A DNA stretch of 64,000 nt from a virus. A program made the position numbers and the translations under genes. Below are positions 35,743 through 47,500 of the stretch, in pieces. The notes beneath the pieces are model-generated. The model had not been told where the DNA came from. It did no database searches and worked only from the letters and a program-made list of their open reading frames with translations. The first letter of the stretch is position 1. Every line of letters starts with the position of its first letter. Location of the stretch: positions 1 through 64,000 of the IMG/VR virus record IMGVR_UViG_3300024329_000007. One strand, written 5' to 3'.

Positions 35743-38208
35743 TTAAAGAAGATTGTCGTTTTTAAAATCATCAGAGCTAAAACCAGTATTTTGGCCTCTA
35801 GCACCACTTCCTCCGCCGCCGCTTCTACCGCTTCTAGGTGATTTTTTAGGATTTCCATAACTACTTCTATCCGGTTCGTATTGTAGAGGAGGTCCTTTTA
35901 CAAAGTTAACTCCAGAAGGCCCGACTTTAACAGGCTTTACATTATCTTTAGGATTTACAAATTTTGGACCCGAGTTCCCTTTAATTGAAGCAGTTGCTCC
36001 AGTTTCACTTATAGACGCCACCGACGGTGTTGGTGGTAAATCTTCTTCAGCTACAGTTCCAGGATCTTCTGGCGCTGGCGTCGGTGCCGGTGTCGGCGTT
36101 GGCGTTGGCGCCACATCTGGCGTTGGTATTGGTTTTGGTGTTGGTGCTACCGGAAGGTTTGCAACCCATCTACCACTTGTAATCATAGTCTCATCAGTAC
36201 CATTATCCATACTTATATAAAAAGTTCTAGAACGAAGGCCTCTAATAGCAACTGCATTAGCTTCACTTAATTTAAAAAGAACTTCACCGTCTCCCATATT
36301 AACAGACTTATCTATTATATGATTAAATTTTAATTTATTTTTACCATCGACAAACGATAATACAATATTTTCTACATTATTTAAAGGTATATTAATAATA
36401 TCACCAGTTTTATTTTTAGCTAATTTAAACTTTAAATAAGTACTGAATGGCGGTATTACAATCAATAAGTTAGCACTTGAAGTATAAGGCTTACTATCAA
36501 CTTCTTCTAATCCACCTTCTACTTGTTGCATTCCACTTGAGCCCACAACAACGTTATATCTTTCTATAAATGCCGGAACTTTTTTAATACTTCTAGCTGG
36601 CATCATATTAGAAATTAAACTACCTACTTTTCTATTAGTTGAAATGTTAGGAAGAATATTATAAACCTCAGTTAATGTATTGTTACCATTAATGTTTACC
36701 TTCTGCAATCTTTTACCGTATCTACCAGCTTGTGCAGTTGTTATGCTAGCTCGTTTTACTATTTGTGTATTATCAGTTTGATTCCAAATTCTCATAGTTA
36801 CATCTATTGAAAAATTAACTGCAACGTTTGAATTAATTATAACAGGTCTAAAAACAATAGGAGTATCAAAATCTTCATATTGTGAATATGTTGTACTAAA
36901 TGTTTTAATATTAGAAACACCTACTTGTTCAAAAACATCAACATCAAACATTACCATAATATCATCACCGCTAAGTTGAATTTTATCTAATAAGTATCTT
37001 TCAAAACCAGCAGTACTTCCATCTCTTTCACCATATAATCTAAAATAATCTCCGTCAGTAGCATCTTCAACCACTACAGTAAAATCTTGAAATTCATCTT
37101 CTCTAGAAATAGTAAATTTATTTTCTTCAGCAGTGTGTATAAAATCAAATTCAGTACTTGACTCTATTCTAGAAATCAATTTAAAATTAATACCATAATT
37201 ACTATCTGCTTTTAAATCAGAAGAACCTATAGATCCATCTCCAAAAAACCTATTTAAAAACTCTGTATTTTGGTTAACTAAAGTAGGAACTTTAACTTCG
37301 ATAAATTTAGCAAATAAAGTTTCTCCTAAAACAAAAGGCCTAGGATTAGCTAATTCGTAATTAGATGAGTTTAAATAAACTAATTGTGTAAGATTATTTT
37401 CTACACCGGATTCTCTTTCTGCTAAAACTTGAAATAAAAACCCTTCATAACCCCTAGATGCAAAACTATATCCACTTCTTAAGTGTAATCTAATAGTATC
37501 ATATTTAATATAATTAATATTAGCAGTGTTGTCTACTTGAGAATTTAAAACATCAGTTTCATTAGAACCATTCCAGTTTGGATTATTATTTAAATAATTA
37601 TAAGCATCGTATGCTCCAGTAGAATCATAACCAATAAGTGCATATCTATTCGCGTCATTTAAATGTTTAACTGCGTGAAATCTACCTAGTATTTGATTTA
37701 TATCATTACCTGCATTTTCATCTGGATTTGCAAAAAGAGGGTTAGCCCTACTTGCTACTGTAATTTTACCACCAATTAAATTATCTGCTTTATATTCAAC
37801 TTGTCCATTCTGAGTTGGTGTATAAGTTGCAATATATGTCACTGGTGAATAACTATAAACACCCAATGCTCCTGTAATTTCAAAACTAGATTGCTCTGCT
37901 AATGATAATCCAGATAAATCAAATTTATAAGTTTTACCATTCTGTAAAAGAAGAGTTCTTCCAGCAAAATTTTCTATAGACAAATAACCTGATGCTGAAG
38001 TAACATCAAAGTTAACCACGTTACCACCCAATTCACTTATTAGGTGTCTTTTTTGTGTAGAGTCACCTTGTACTGTATCTATAAATTTAACTTCACTACC
38101 ATTGTCATCTACTTCTATCTGATATGCAGAAGGATTACTTTGATCGTGATAGATAAATTCAATTAGTACGTCGTTATCTATTCTATAATATGCTGAAGAT
38201 TGTGCCAT
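35743..38208 (-). CDS. Virion structural protein with Pro/Thr-rich low-complexity C-terminus
   Basis: Position in the structural block; beta-rich composition; PT repeats. Confidence 0.6.
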   Translation of the reverse strand: MAQSSAYYRIDNDVLIEFIYHDQSNPSAYQIEVDDNGSEVKFIDTVQGDSTQKRHLISELGGNVVNFDVTSASGYLSIENFAGRTLLLQNGKTYKFDLSGLSLAEQSSFEITGALGVYSYSPVTYIATYTPTQNGQVEYKADNLIGGKITVASRANPLFANPDENAGNDINQILGRFHAVKHLNDANRYALIGYDSTGAYDAYNYLNNNPNWNGSNETDVLNSQVDNTANINYIKYDTIRLHLRSGYSFASRGYEGFLFQVLAERESGVENNLTQLVYLNSSNYELANPRPFVLGETLFAKFIEVKVPTLVNQNTEFLNRFFGDGSIGSSDLKADSNYGINFKLISRIESSTEFDFIHTAEENKFTISREDEFQDFTVVVEDATDGDYFRLYGERDGSTAGFERYLLDKIQLSGDDIMVMFDVDVFEQVGVSNIKTFSTTYSQYEDFDTPIVFRPVIINSNVAVNFSIDVTMRIWNQTDNTQIVKRASITTAQAGRYGKRLQKVNINGNNTLTEVYNILPNISTNRKVGSLISNMMPARSIKKVPAFIERYNVVVGSSGMQQVEGGLEEVDSKPYTSSANLLIVIPPFSTYLKFKLAKNKTGDIINIPLNNVENIVLSFVDGKNKLKFNHIIDKSVNMGDGEVLFKLSEANAVAIRGLRSRTFYISMDNGTDETMITSGRWVANLPVAPTPKPIPTPDVAPTPTPTPAPTPAPEDPGTVAEEDLPPTPSVASISETGATASIKGNSGPKFVNPKDNVKPVKVGPSGVNFVKGPPLQYEPDRSSYGNPKKSPRSGRSGGGGSGARGQNTGFSSDDFKNDNLL

Positions 38209-38220
38209 AATTTTTTATAT

Positions 38221-39027
38221 TTAAAACCTCAACCACTTAGGTGACCAATATACTCCTAAACCAATAGAAGGGCCAGTACTAATTACTTGATTATTATTTA
38301 AGTTTATTCCATACCCAACTCCTATTCCGATAGACCAACCAGATTTTTTTTCATATCTTTGGTTTAGTTTAGTATTTATCAGGTTTATATTTTCAATATC
38401 AGAGATAATTAATCCAGGATATGTTGTTGATAATTTAAGTCTATTTGAACCTTCTACGTTTTCAATTGCTGCACTTAAAGATAATGTTTGATCTATATTA
38501 AATTGACTCTCACCTATTATATAGAATTTACCACCACTAAATCTAACAGTAGAAGAACCTGTTAATGTTCTAGTATTCCCTTTGCTAAATATATCAAACT
38601 TATTGTACTTTATTTCACTTGTAGTAGAATCAATCTCCACGACGCTAGTTGATGCTAATAAACTATCTTTAATTGCAAGTTCAGCAGAAATCAAAGTATT
38701 TACTTCATTTAAATCTTTATTTAAATTAAGAGCATTTGTATACTTTTTAATCATGTCTTTCTGATCGTCTTTTAGGTTTATTATATCAAATTCATAACTT
38801 CTAATCGTGCTAATTAACTCACCAGTTCCGGTTTTATAAATTTCTATAGAGTCTTTAGAAGCTAAATAATTATTAAAGTTTCTATCTGAAGTTTCTTGTG
38901 TAGTTTTTAAATCTCTTTTAAGTTTTTCAGTCTGTTCACATTGTCTTAAAAATAATAAAACGAAAAGAACACCTAGTACAAAACCAAGTGTGCTTTTATT
39001 AGATAATATTTTTTTTAATTTATTCAT
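38221..39027 (-). CDS. Membrane-anchored coiled-coil protein with C-terminal amphipathic beta-hairpin (spanin-like)
   Basis: N-terminal transmembrane segment, coiled coil, WSIGIGVGYG...GPSIGLGVYW...RF. Confidence 0.55.
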   Translation of the reverse strand: MNKLKKILSNKSTLGFVLGVLFVLLFLRQCEQTEKLKRDLKTTQETSDRNFNNYLASKDSIEIYKTGTGELISTIRSYEFDIINLKDDQKDMIKKYTNALNLNKDLNEVNTLISAELAIKDSLLASTSVVEIDSTTSEIKYNKFDIFSKGNTRTLTGSSTVRFSGGKFYIIGESQFNIDQTLSLSAAIENVEGSNRLKLSTTYPGLIISDIENINLINTKLNQRYEKKSGWSIGIGVGYGINLNNNQVISTGPSIGLGVYWSPKWLRF

Positions 39028-39044
39028 TATTTACTTTTTAATTA

Positions 39045-41555
39045 CTAAACCATTGTTGTATTTAATTGTATTTGTTTAAATTCTACATCTAATTGAGAAT
39101 AATCTACACGATCAAATCCATCTGCATGTTTAATTACAGCATTCTCAGGAATTTCATCAGACATTACACCTTGGAATAATCCAACTCCGTGTACTAAGTC
39201 CTTATATTCAAAACTATATATGTTTAACCCACTTGGCGATTCACCAATTTTAGTTATATTCTTCTTTAATCTTCTATCAGACGTGGTTTTTGTTGGGCTG
39301 GTACTGCCTGGTGAGACTAGAGGAATTGGCGACGGTGATGGTGTTCCTGGTGGAGATACTACGATCGGCGTTGGCGTTGGTGTTGGCGTCGGCGTTGGTG
39401 TCGGCGTTGGTGTTGGCGTCGGCGTCGGTGTTGGTGACGGAGACGGATTAAGTACAACAGGGTTTTTCGGCCCCGGCGTCACTGGCGCTGGCGTCGGTAC
39501 CGGTGACGGCGAAATAGGCGATGGTGATCCTGGAGTCGGCGTTATTATCTGAGTATTACTTAATGTTTCATTATAGGTTGCTAATCTTTCATTTTGATTA
39601 AAAACTTCATAAGATTTATCATTCGTTGGATATGTAAAGTTATAATACAACATGACGGCATAAAGGCCATCAGGTGTTGTAGTTTTCCAATCAAAATCCT
39701 CAACATTTAAAAAGTCAGCCTCTATCTCATCTGCTAACAGCACCCCTGGAGTTGATCCGAAAACAGTAGATTGATTTTCTTCACCAAAACCATCGTTAAT
39801 TACAATTGTTGTAGGCTTTTTCTTAGCTATGTTAAAATAATTACCACCTGGCGGTATTGCACCCCAATATTCTTCGGTGTAATTATCTTCGAAACCATCT
39901 GTATTTTTAAAACCATCTATTTGAATCATTATTGGAAATAATATCCAATGTGCCGCGGCATTTCTATATGGCCAATAGATTGGTGATGGGAAAACAGCTA
40001 CCCTACCTTTTATGTTTTGAGCCATTTGTGAGCCACTTGCAGGCGTATTGTCAGCACCATATTCTCCATTTAAATTCATACCATTACTATAATGGATAGT
40101 ATTTAAAGGTGCTGGCATGTAATTTATTTGACCCGATGCTGTAACTTGGTGGCCAATTTTAGTATATGTAATTTTACTTTTTGAAGGTCTTATTGCCATC
40201 CTAAGTGCTTGTGCATTAACTAATGTCTGGTTTTGGTTACTAACTTTTTTATGTACTCTAAATTGATTAGTAGATGTTAACCAGGTAGCATCAAGAAATC
40301 TAACCCATGAGTTAGATGCAAATGCAGAATCAGTATTACCATCTAAAGCAAGGTCACCAAAATCTGAAGTTGTACTAGGTTGATAAAAATAATCATCAAT
40401 TCTTCTTTGGCTTTTAGGAGTACCTTCATTTGGCGCGTCTAATTCGCCAGCGCCTAATGAGCCACCTTCATCTGCTTTATACAAAATACCACGACCGGAT
40501 TCATTAATTTGCAAATCTCCTAGCAGCTCTGTAGTATTTTTAATAGATATTGCATTATCAGTAGTTGAAAAACCATCACCTATTGAAACATTTACTGAAA
40601 CTAGTTCAGTTCCACCAGCATACATTCTTAATACATCTTCATCAGGTGCTTCTTCTGCAGTAATATAAGTATCTTGATCGGCATCAATTAATCCACCTAA
40701 ACCTCTCCAATCAGAACCATGTCGACCCTCAAATTGATCAGTATCAGTATTAAACCTAATTTGACCCTGGTTGGTATCTAAAGTTCTTTCGGCAGTAGTA
40801 CCAGCCGGCAGGCGAATTGACGAAGTATTCGTCCAAACAGATTTAGCATAAAACAAAGTTTCAAGATCAAATTCCACGTTATGTACATTAAGACTGTTAA
40901 CCGTATCATGAAATTTAATAACGCCATTCCCTGGGTCTATATCTATAGTTAACCCTTGTGAACTTAATTGTATATCATTTTCAGCTGAAAGATTAATGCT
41001 ATTTACAGCGATTTGAAAAGCTAATTCACTTGTAGCAGATCCAAAATCTTTTTTAAATCCAAAAGTATCAACGCTATTTATTATATCGTGAGTAAAATTT
41101 AAAACTTTATCTGGTGCAATTCTAAAAGATTTAAAATGATCATACTCTCCTGGATCTAATTCTAACGTAATTCTAGCATTTGCTGTAGTTTCACCAGTAA
41201 GATCTTGTCCAGAACCACCCTCATTAAAAGTTGAATCTCCAAGCCATAAGGCTGACGCACTAGCGTCTCCATCTAATTTTGGTTTAAGTATATGTGAATT
41301 ATTTGAAACATTAGTTACGCGCTCCCATGGAGTATCTGAGACTCCAGGATCACCTTGGTCACCTTTAGTTCCAATTTCACCCTTTTCACCTTTAACACCA
41401 GTTGCACCTTCGGCACCTTGTTGTCCCTTAATTCCTTGTATACCCTGTGGACCTCCTCCATTAATTAAAATTTGATCAAAGTTATAATTGATCTTTTCAA
41501 ACTTTATAGAGTCTGAATCGCTTGGGTGTAAAATCTCTTTTATATTGATTGCCAT
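39045..41555 (-). CDS. Tail fibre protein with collagen-like repeats and a C-terminal intramolecular chaperone (peptidase S74)
   Basis: KINYNF N-terminus, (Gxx)n stretch, GQIRFNTDT..FEG, PT linker, SDRRLKKNI...VDY. Confidence 0.85.
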   Translation of the reverse strand: MAINIKEILHPSDSDSIKFEKINYNFDQILINGGGPQGIQGIKGQQGAEGATGVKGEKGEIGTKGDQGDPGVSDTPWERVTNVSNNSHILKPKLDGDASASALWLGDSTFNEGGSGQDLTGETTANARITLELDPGEYDHFKSFRIAPDKVLNFTHDIINSVDTFGFKKDFGSATSELAFQIAVNSINLSAENDIQLSSQGLTIDIDPGNGVIKFHDTVNSLNVHNVEFDLETLFYAKSVWTNTSSIRLPAGTTAERTLDTNQGQIRFNTDTDQFEGRHGSDWRGLGGLIDADQDTYITAEEAPDEDVLRMYAGGTELVSVNVSIGDGFSTTDNAISIKNTTELLGDLQINESGRGILYKADEGGSLGAGELDAPNEGTPKSQRRIDDYFYQPSTTSDFGDLALDGNTDSAFASNSWVRFLDATWLTSTNQFRVHKKVSNQNQTLVNAQALRMAIRPSKSKITYTKIGHQVTASGQINYMPAPLNTIHYSNGMNLNGEYGADNTPASGSQMAQNIKGRVAVFPSPIYWPYRNAAAHWILFPIMIQIDGFKNTDGFEDNYTEEYWGAIPPGGNYFNIAKKKPTTIVINDGFGEENQSTVFGSTPGVLLADEIEADFLNVEDFDWKTTTPDGLYAVMLYYNFTYPTNDKSYEVFNQNERLATYNETLSNTQIITPTPGSPSPISPSPVPTPAPVTPGPKNPVVLNPSPSPTPTPTPTPTPTPTPTPTPTPTPIVVSPPGTPSPSPIPLVSPGSTSPTKTTSDRRLKKNITKIGESPSGLNIYSFEYKDLVHGVGLFQGVMSDEIPENAVIKHADGFDRVDYSQLDVEFKQIQLNTTMV
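39362..39543 (-). repeat. GC-rich hexamer repeat encoding a (PT)n/PS linker
   Basis: (GGYGTY)n on the plus strand, in frame with PTPTPT. Confidence 0.9.
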
Positions 41556-41556
41556 A

Positions 41557-44500
41557 TTATGACTTTATTTTTATCATAGGCCTTATATCATAAGAGTAGC
41601 CTAACCTTTTATTATATATCAGTCTGAAGTTTAGTGGTGTTTGTGTATGCGGTTTATAAGTAAAATTATTGTCGCTTTCAAATCCATTAGAACTTAGATC
41701 GCCTGTATTTAAAGTATTAATAAACTCAGATCCCTTGCCTTTAAAAGACTTAGTATATAGTACTAAATTATCTATAGTTAAAACATCTATTAAGTTTTTA
41801 ATAATATAATTCTGAGAATCATCAATAAGTGTAGTTTTATCACCAAATGATTTTTCCGGATTAACAAACTCTATTAACGTATTTAAAACTCCAGAATCTC
41901 TAAGTTTTTTATAGATAACTGAATCCATATAAAAATCTGCAATAATATTATTTTTATCTTCAAATATCATAATATCTGCAGTATTGTTAGAATTTCTTAA
42001 AATATCATCTAATTCTTCTTTATTGTTAACATTAGCTGTAGTATAATCTAATAGTAAATATGAATCTTCTAGTGTCATCATTGTAGAGGCTAAATAAGAT
42101 CTTTCTTCAATAACCCCAAACGTTCCTACGACATTAGTACTTTTACCACCAGATAAAGACCTAGAATAGTATTCACTATCCCATGAAGACTTAAATACAT
42201 TTATGTCTTTTTTATCTATTGCGATCTCGCTAATTAGTGGGTAAAGTGGCAACAAATCACTACTGGCAGAAAGTTTAATAACACCCTTAGTGTTTATATC
42301 ATTAACTTTGTGGTAAAAATGATTTTTTATTACACCCCAATTAGAATCATGTTCTCCATTATCTTGTATAAAACCAAGATTAAATGTAGTTCCAGTTCTA
42401 TTATACCTATTATAGTATTTTCTAGCTATCGCAACCTCAGATACATCATTTAAAGAGTGTCTATATAAACTTTCTTCAAAAGATCTTTCAACAGCATTAC
42501 CGGAAACATGATCTCTATTTACTTTAAAATGAGTATATAAATCTGTAAACGTAACCACCGGTCTCATATCCACTGTATAATTTCCAGAATGTCTAATCAA
42601 GAATGGGTAGTATGTTTCCCCGGGTACAATATTATATCCAATAGTTCCAGAGCTTAACTTAAAAGTCTGTGGTTTATTAGTATCTTCTTCTATTTTTAAA
42701 TTTGATTCTTTAATAATTTCTTTACCATCTTCAAAGTTTATAATAAATCTATTATCAAGAACAGTACCGTCTGTAGTTATTGTTTTGTAATTTATATCTG
42801 CTCCATTTGAGTTTAACATTTTAGAAACATATTGTATAGAAAGTTTTTCTAAAAGTTTAGAATGTGCATTTACACCACCACCTTCATATACATAATCTGC
42901 ATTAACTAATAATGTTGAACTTAAATAAGCAACAGGCATTATTATACTAGGATCATCTACTCTATAAGGTATTTCCTGTAATACTAACTCTTCATTTGAA
43001 TTTACAGTGGCTACTCTTGCTGCCCAAGTACCAACCGAGCCTGCAAATTCTATTATAATTCTTCCATATAAACCATCACTCCCCGGTGATATTTGAGTAT
43101 CAAACTCAGGGTCAGTTCCATTGTTATGTTCCATACCTCTAACAACGTAGGGCCCAGATCCACTAAAATCAACACTTAATAAATTTAAAGCTCCTGAAAG
43201 GTTTGCATCACTATAAACATATTCACCAATACCATCTCCATAATTATCTGAATTATCAAAAACCATTTTATGATTTAATTCATACATCATTTTTCTAGAA
43301 AGAGTATTATCAATCCAAAAATCTGAAATATTTAGTGTAATAAAGAATATTACAAATTTATGTGCTTCGTTTTTTATAACATCATATTCAATAGAATTTT
43401 TGCCGTCTGCTGTATTGTCTTGATTAACCTTAACTAAAGTACTAAAACGGTAACCATTAAATTCATTATTTTTTACATACTCAGATGCTATTTGATTTGT
43501 AAACTCTTTTCTTGATCTAAATAAAACTTTAATACCTTTAAAGAAAGTGCTTGCAAATGAAATATCATTACCATTTTTAATAATACTATATTTCTTTTTT
43601 AAAGGTTTTTTTGCAAACGTGTTCATGTCAAAATTTACTGAGCGATCATCTTTTAAATCACTAGAATTAGAGCTTATTTCAAGACCATCACATATCATAA
43701 ACTTGTCAAAGTAGTCAAGATTATTATCCATAAACATCTCTTTAGTTATTTCAAAATCTTGTATAAAATTAATATAACTAAAAGTTTCATTAACATGGTT
43801 GTATCTATAAAAATTAGGTATTTTATCTATATAAAACCATTCATGAGTAAATGCCTTTTTATCTCTACCAGCAACTGATAAATCTGGTGCGAAATTGGTT
43901 CTACCAAAAGCTTCATTAGCATTTAAATAATATGGCTGTTCTCTAACAGTATCACAATCTTTAAGTACCCATTTATTAATATTAGGAACCACTCGTGAGT
44001 TTAAAGATAATTCCTTTACATTATTTTCTTCTAGCCTATCAAATTCAGAATTAATAAATTTAGAATTAGCACCTACAATAGATTCGTTATCTAATATAGG
44101 AAGCAGGTTTGAAAAATATTCAGATGGACTAAGTTCAAAATCTTCACTTAAAATATCACTGGTTTCAAGGCCTTCATAATTTGCTCTATAACTAAAGAGA
44201 TCTTCATCTGTCCATTCTTTAGTAGTCGAATAAGGTTTATACTCAATATTAGAAAACTCTTCTTTATATAGTTCTTTAAGATCAGAATTAGAAGTATCAT
44301 AAAAATCAAAGTTTAAATCATAAATATCATACGCTGAAAATAAACCAATTCTAAGGTTATTTTCTCTATATAATCTAAGCTCTCCAGAGCCAATAGAATT
44401 AGGCTCACTTAAAATTAACCTATGATATCCAGCATTTAAGTCTTCAACATATTCAACAACATCTTTAATTTTATTAAATCTGCCCGCGTAATTAGTAGCA

Positions 44501-47500
44501 ATGTAATCATTAATATTAATTTCACTAATAGTATCACTTTTAACAAGCATAGAAGTACCATTACTAGCACCACCGTTAAAATAATAAGGCCTCCAGCTAT
44601 TAAGTATAGTAGAGTCTAAGTTTAATAAAAAGCCATTTGGATCATAATTTTCTGCGCTAACAAAATCAATATTATTATTTTGATTAATTAATAACGCATG
44701 CTGAAGTAATTTATATCCAGGTATTTTTATACTAACATAAACATCAGCACCTATATTTTTAGCATTAAATTCTGAAAACTGATTAATACAACCACTCATT
44801 GCAATTGCAATATCTTTAGGTTGGCCATCTTGTGAAAATTTATTACCGTTAAACGTACCTTTAGTAAGTTCACCAGAATCTGCTGCAAAAATAGTACTAT
44901 TATATAAATCAACGTTTGTATATACATTACTAACTTTAATAATATTGCCATTAGGTATTGAAACAAATAGTCCTATATTTCCAAGTCCTGATTTTTTTTC
45001 AGAAACAATTATTGTTTTATTTAATTCATCAATTGTAATTGTAGACTTTTGAGATAAAGCACTAGCTAAAAAGCTAGTTTTAAAATTATTAATAGCATCT
45101 AAAACATCACTACCAGAATTAAATTGAAAACTAATTCCTGTAGAATCCTCTATAGTAATTTGACTTAAAGGTGTATGTTTAATAAACTTAAAGCTAAAAA
45201 CCTCTTCTTTTGTATGTACAATAGCTATATTATCATTAACAATCGGATTATCAGTTACTGTAAATTTAATATAATCAAAAGCAGCTCCTTCTACATCTTC
45301 TGCTTCAATAGATTTGTCTTTATATTTAATACCTAATTTACCAGATATCTCATTTAAACTATCTACAACTTCTAAGTTTAGATTAGATTCATCATAATAC
45401 TTATTAGTAGCTATTTTATAATAAGAGTCTTCAATAGAAACATAACCCAACGTCGGCGTGTTATTCATCATACTATGAGCAGGAATACCAGTAGCCGGGT
45501 TTGTAGAATCTACGTATGACTCAATAGATTTAAATTTAATTCTTCCGGATGTAGATGTAGAAACTTCTCCAAGTCCAGAATCTATATCGTTAACATACAA
45601 TCCAAAATATCTATTAACAGAATATTCGTTAGCAGATGCATCATCAAATAAAAATTCAAGATTTAAAATATTAGCAGACGCTATTGAATTTCTTCTAAAC
45701 CCATCAGTTATAAAGTCATTAGCCTCTATCAACGGTTTATCTTTTTTAACAAAATCTTCATATAAGTATTCTGCTTTACTAACAAAACCACCCTTAACTA
45801 AATCTATTCCATTATAAGTAGATTTTTCATCTTTTTCAAAAGAAAAAGTTAATGGTGCTTCTGGGAAGTTATCATCTTGTAAATGATTTCTAACATAAGC
45901 CCCTATTGCAGACTCGCTTGTTAAATCAAATGTTTTAACAATTTCAGCATTAGCTAAAATAGATTTAATCCTTGTTAAGTTATCGTCGTTAGTATTCTTT
46001 AATTCTTCAGATTCTCCAGGATTATTTATTTTAAAAATAACAAACATTTTAGGCATATTAAGATCCGCCCATATTGGTGCAAATATCCTAAACTTTTCAT
46101 CATAAAGCTTGGAGTAATTAAGAGTTGCACCATATTGATAATCTTCCTCAATCTGAGATTGATAATCTTCTAATACTGATGTGTCAGAAGATGTTCTTTT
46201 TGTTTTATAAATAATCTCACTAGGTGTTCTTTTAGAATTAAAGAAATTAGCAATGTCGTAAGAATACGATCCTGTCCTACTAACTTCATTTTTCTTATAT
46301 TCAATATTAGCTAAATCTTTAGTCGCATCAATAGATTCTAAATAGATTTTATCGTCAGTGTCTGCAACTAATTTAATATTTGTTGTTAACTTAGGGTTTG
46401 TTCTTAATAAAGGTCTAGAAATATTATCTATATTATAATTTTTATCAGTATTAAAATTAACACCCAATGTCGGATCAAAATCATCGTCATCTATTTCACC
46501 AAATTGGTACAAATATAAATTAGCCACAGGATCTCCACATTTAAGACAGCCCTCAAACGCCTTTATTTCATTATTACTAAAAATACCAATTGAACTTGCT
46601 AGTTTTTGCTGTACTATTGTTTTTTTACCTGCAACATCATACCCACCGATGCTTTTTAATAATAGCTCAGCTTCGTCTATGTCCGTAGCTCTAACTTTAT
46701 GTACAAATGTAACACATTCGTTACCGCCAGGTAATTCAAATGTTGTATAGTTTACGCTCTTTAATGCAGATATAAAATCAGAAATATAATTCTCATCTCC
46801 TTCAAAATGATCCCCATCAATAACGTACATATTAAATGTAATCTCTCCTGTTATTTCTTCCGGACTACATGACCAAAAAGCATAAAATATATTAGAAGCA
46901 AATGCGTTTGCACTATTAATTTGACTTATACCATAGGCATCTGGCCTCTCATATTCCTCACAAGACCCTCCGGTTTCAATTAAACCACCAGTGCTTAAAT
47001 CTCCAGTGCCTGTAAATCCAAACCATTGTCTAGGTGCTGGATTTCCATCTCCAAAATAAAACCAGCCGTCGATCGGGTTAGCATCACTCTTATAAATTTG
47101 TCTAGGCGCTAAAAAAGTAGATTCTTGATCTAATGCCGCCTGTTGAGTTGTAAAAATAGGAATATCCTGCTGCGCAAGATCTAAGAGCTCTAATGTAGAA
47201 CCCTCTTCTGCTAAATAATAAAATGTGCTTGTTGTTAAATTTGTAGTACAAAATTCTGCTGCGGATGTTGCATTATTATCAGGATCATGTTTTAACGAGA
47301 TTGAAAAAACATCATAAACTATAAATATACATTCTACAGCTGCGCCACCATTAGGCCACTCTACTGATGCTCCATCCCATTCTAGATGTGATGGCTCTGC
47401 TGCATCTGAAGATTCAAAAAATATGTTCGCGTTCCAAACTGTATTTAGTGTAGGCGATGTACCACTATTTAATTCATTAGAGTGTACTTCTGCATCGTTA

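Noticed and set aside
39220-39552. Plus-strand 110-aa Gly/Val-repeat ORF
   Set aside because: Antisense shadow of the (PT)n linker in the tail fibre gene
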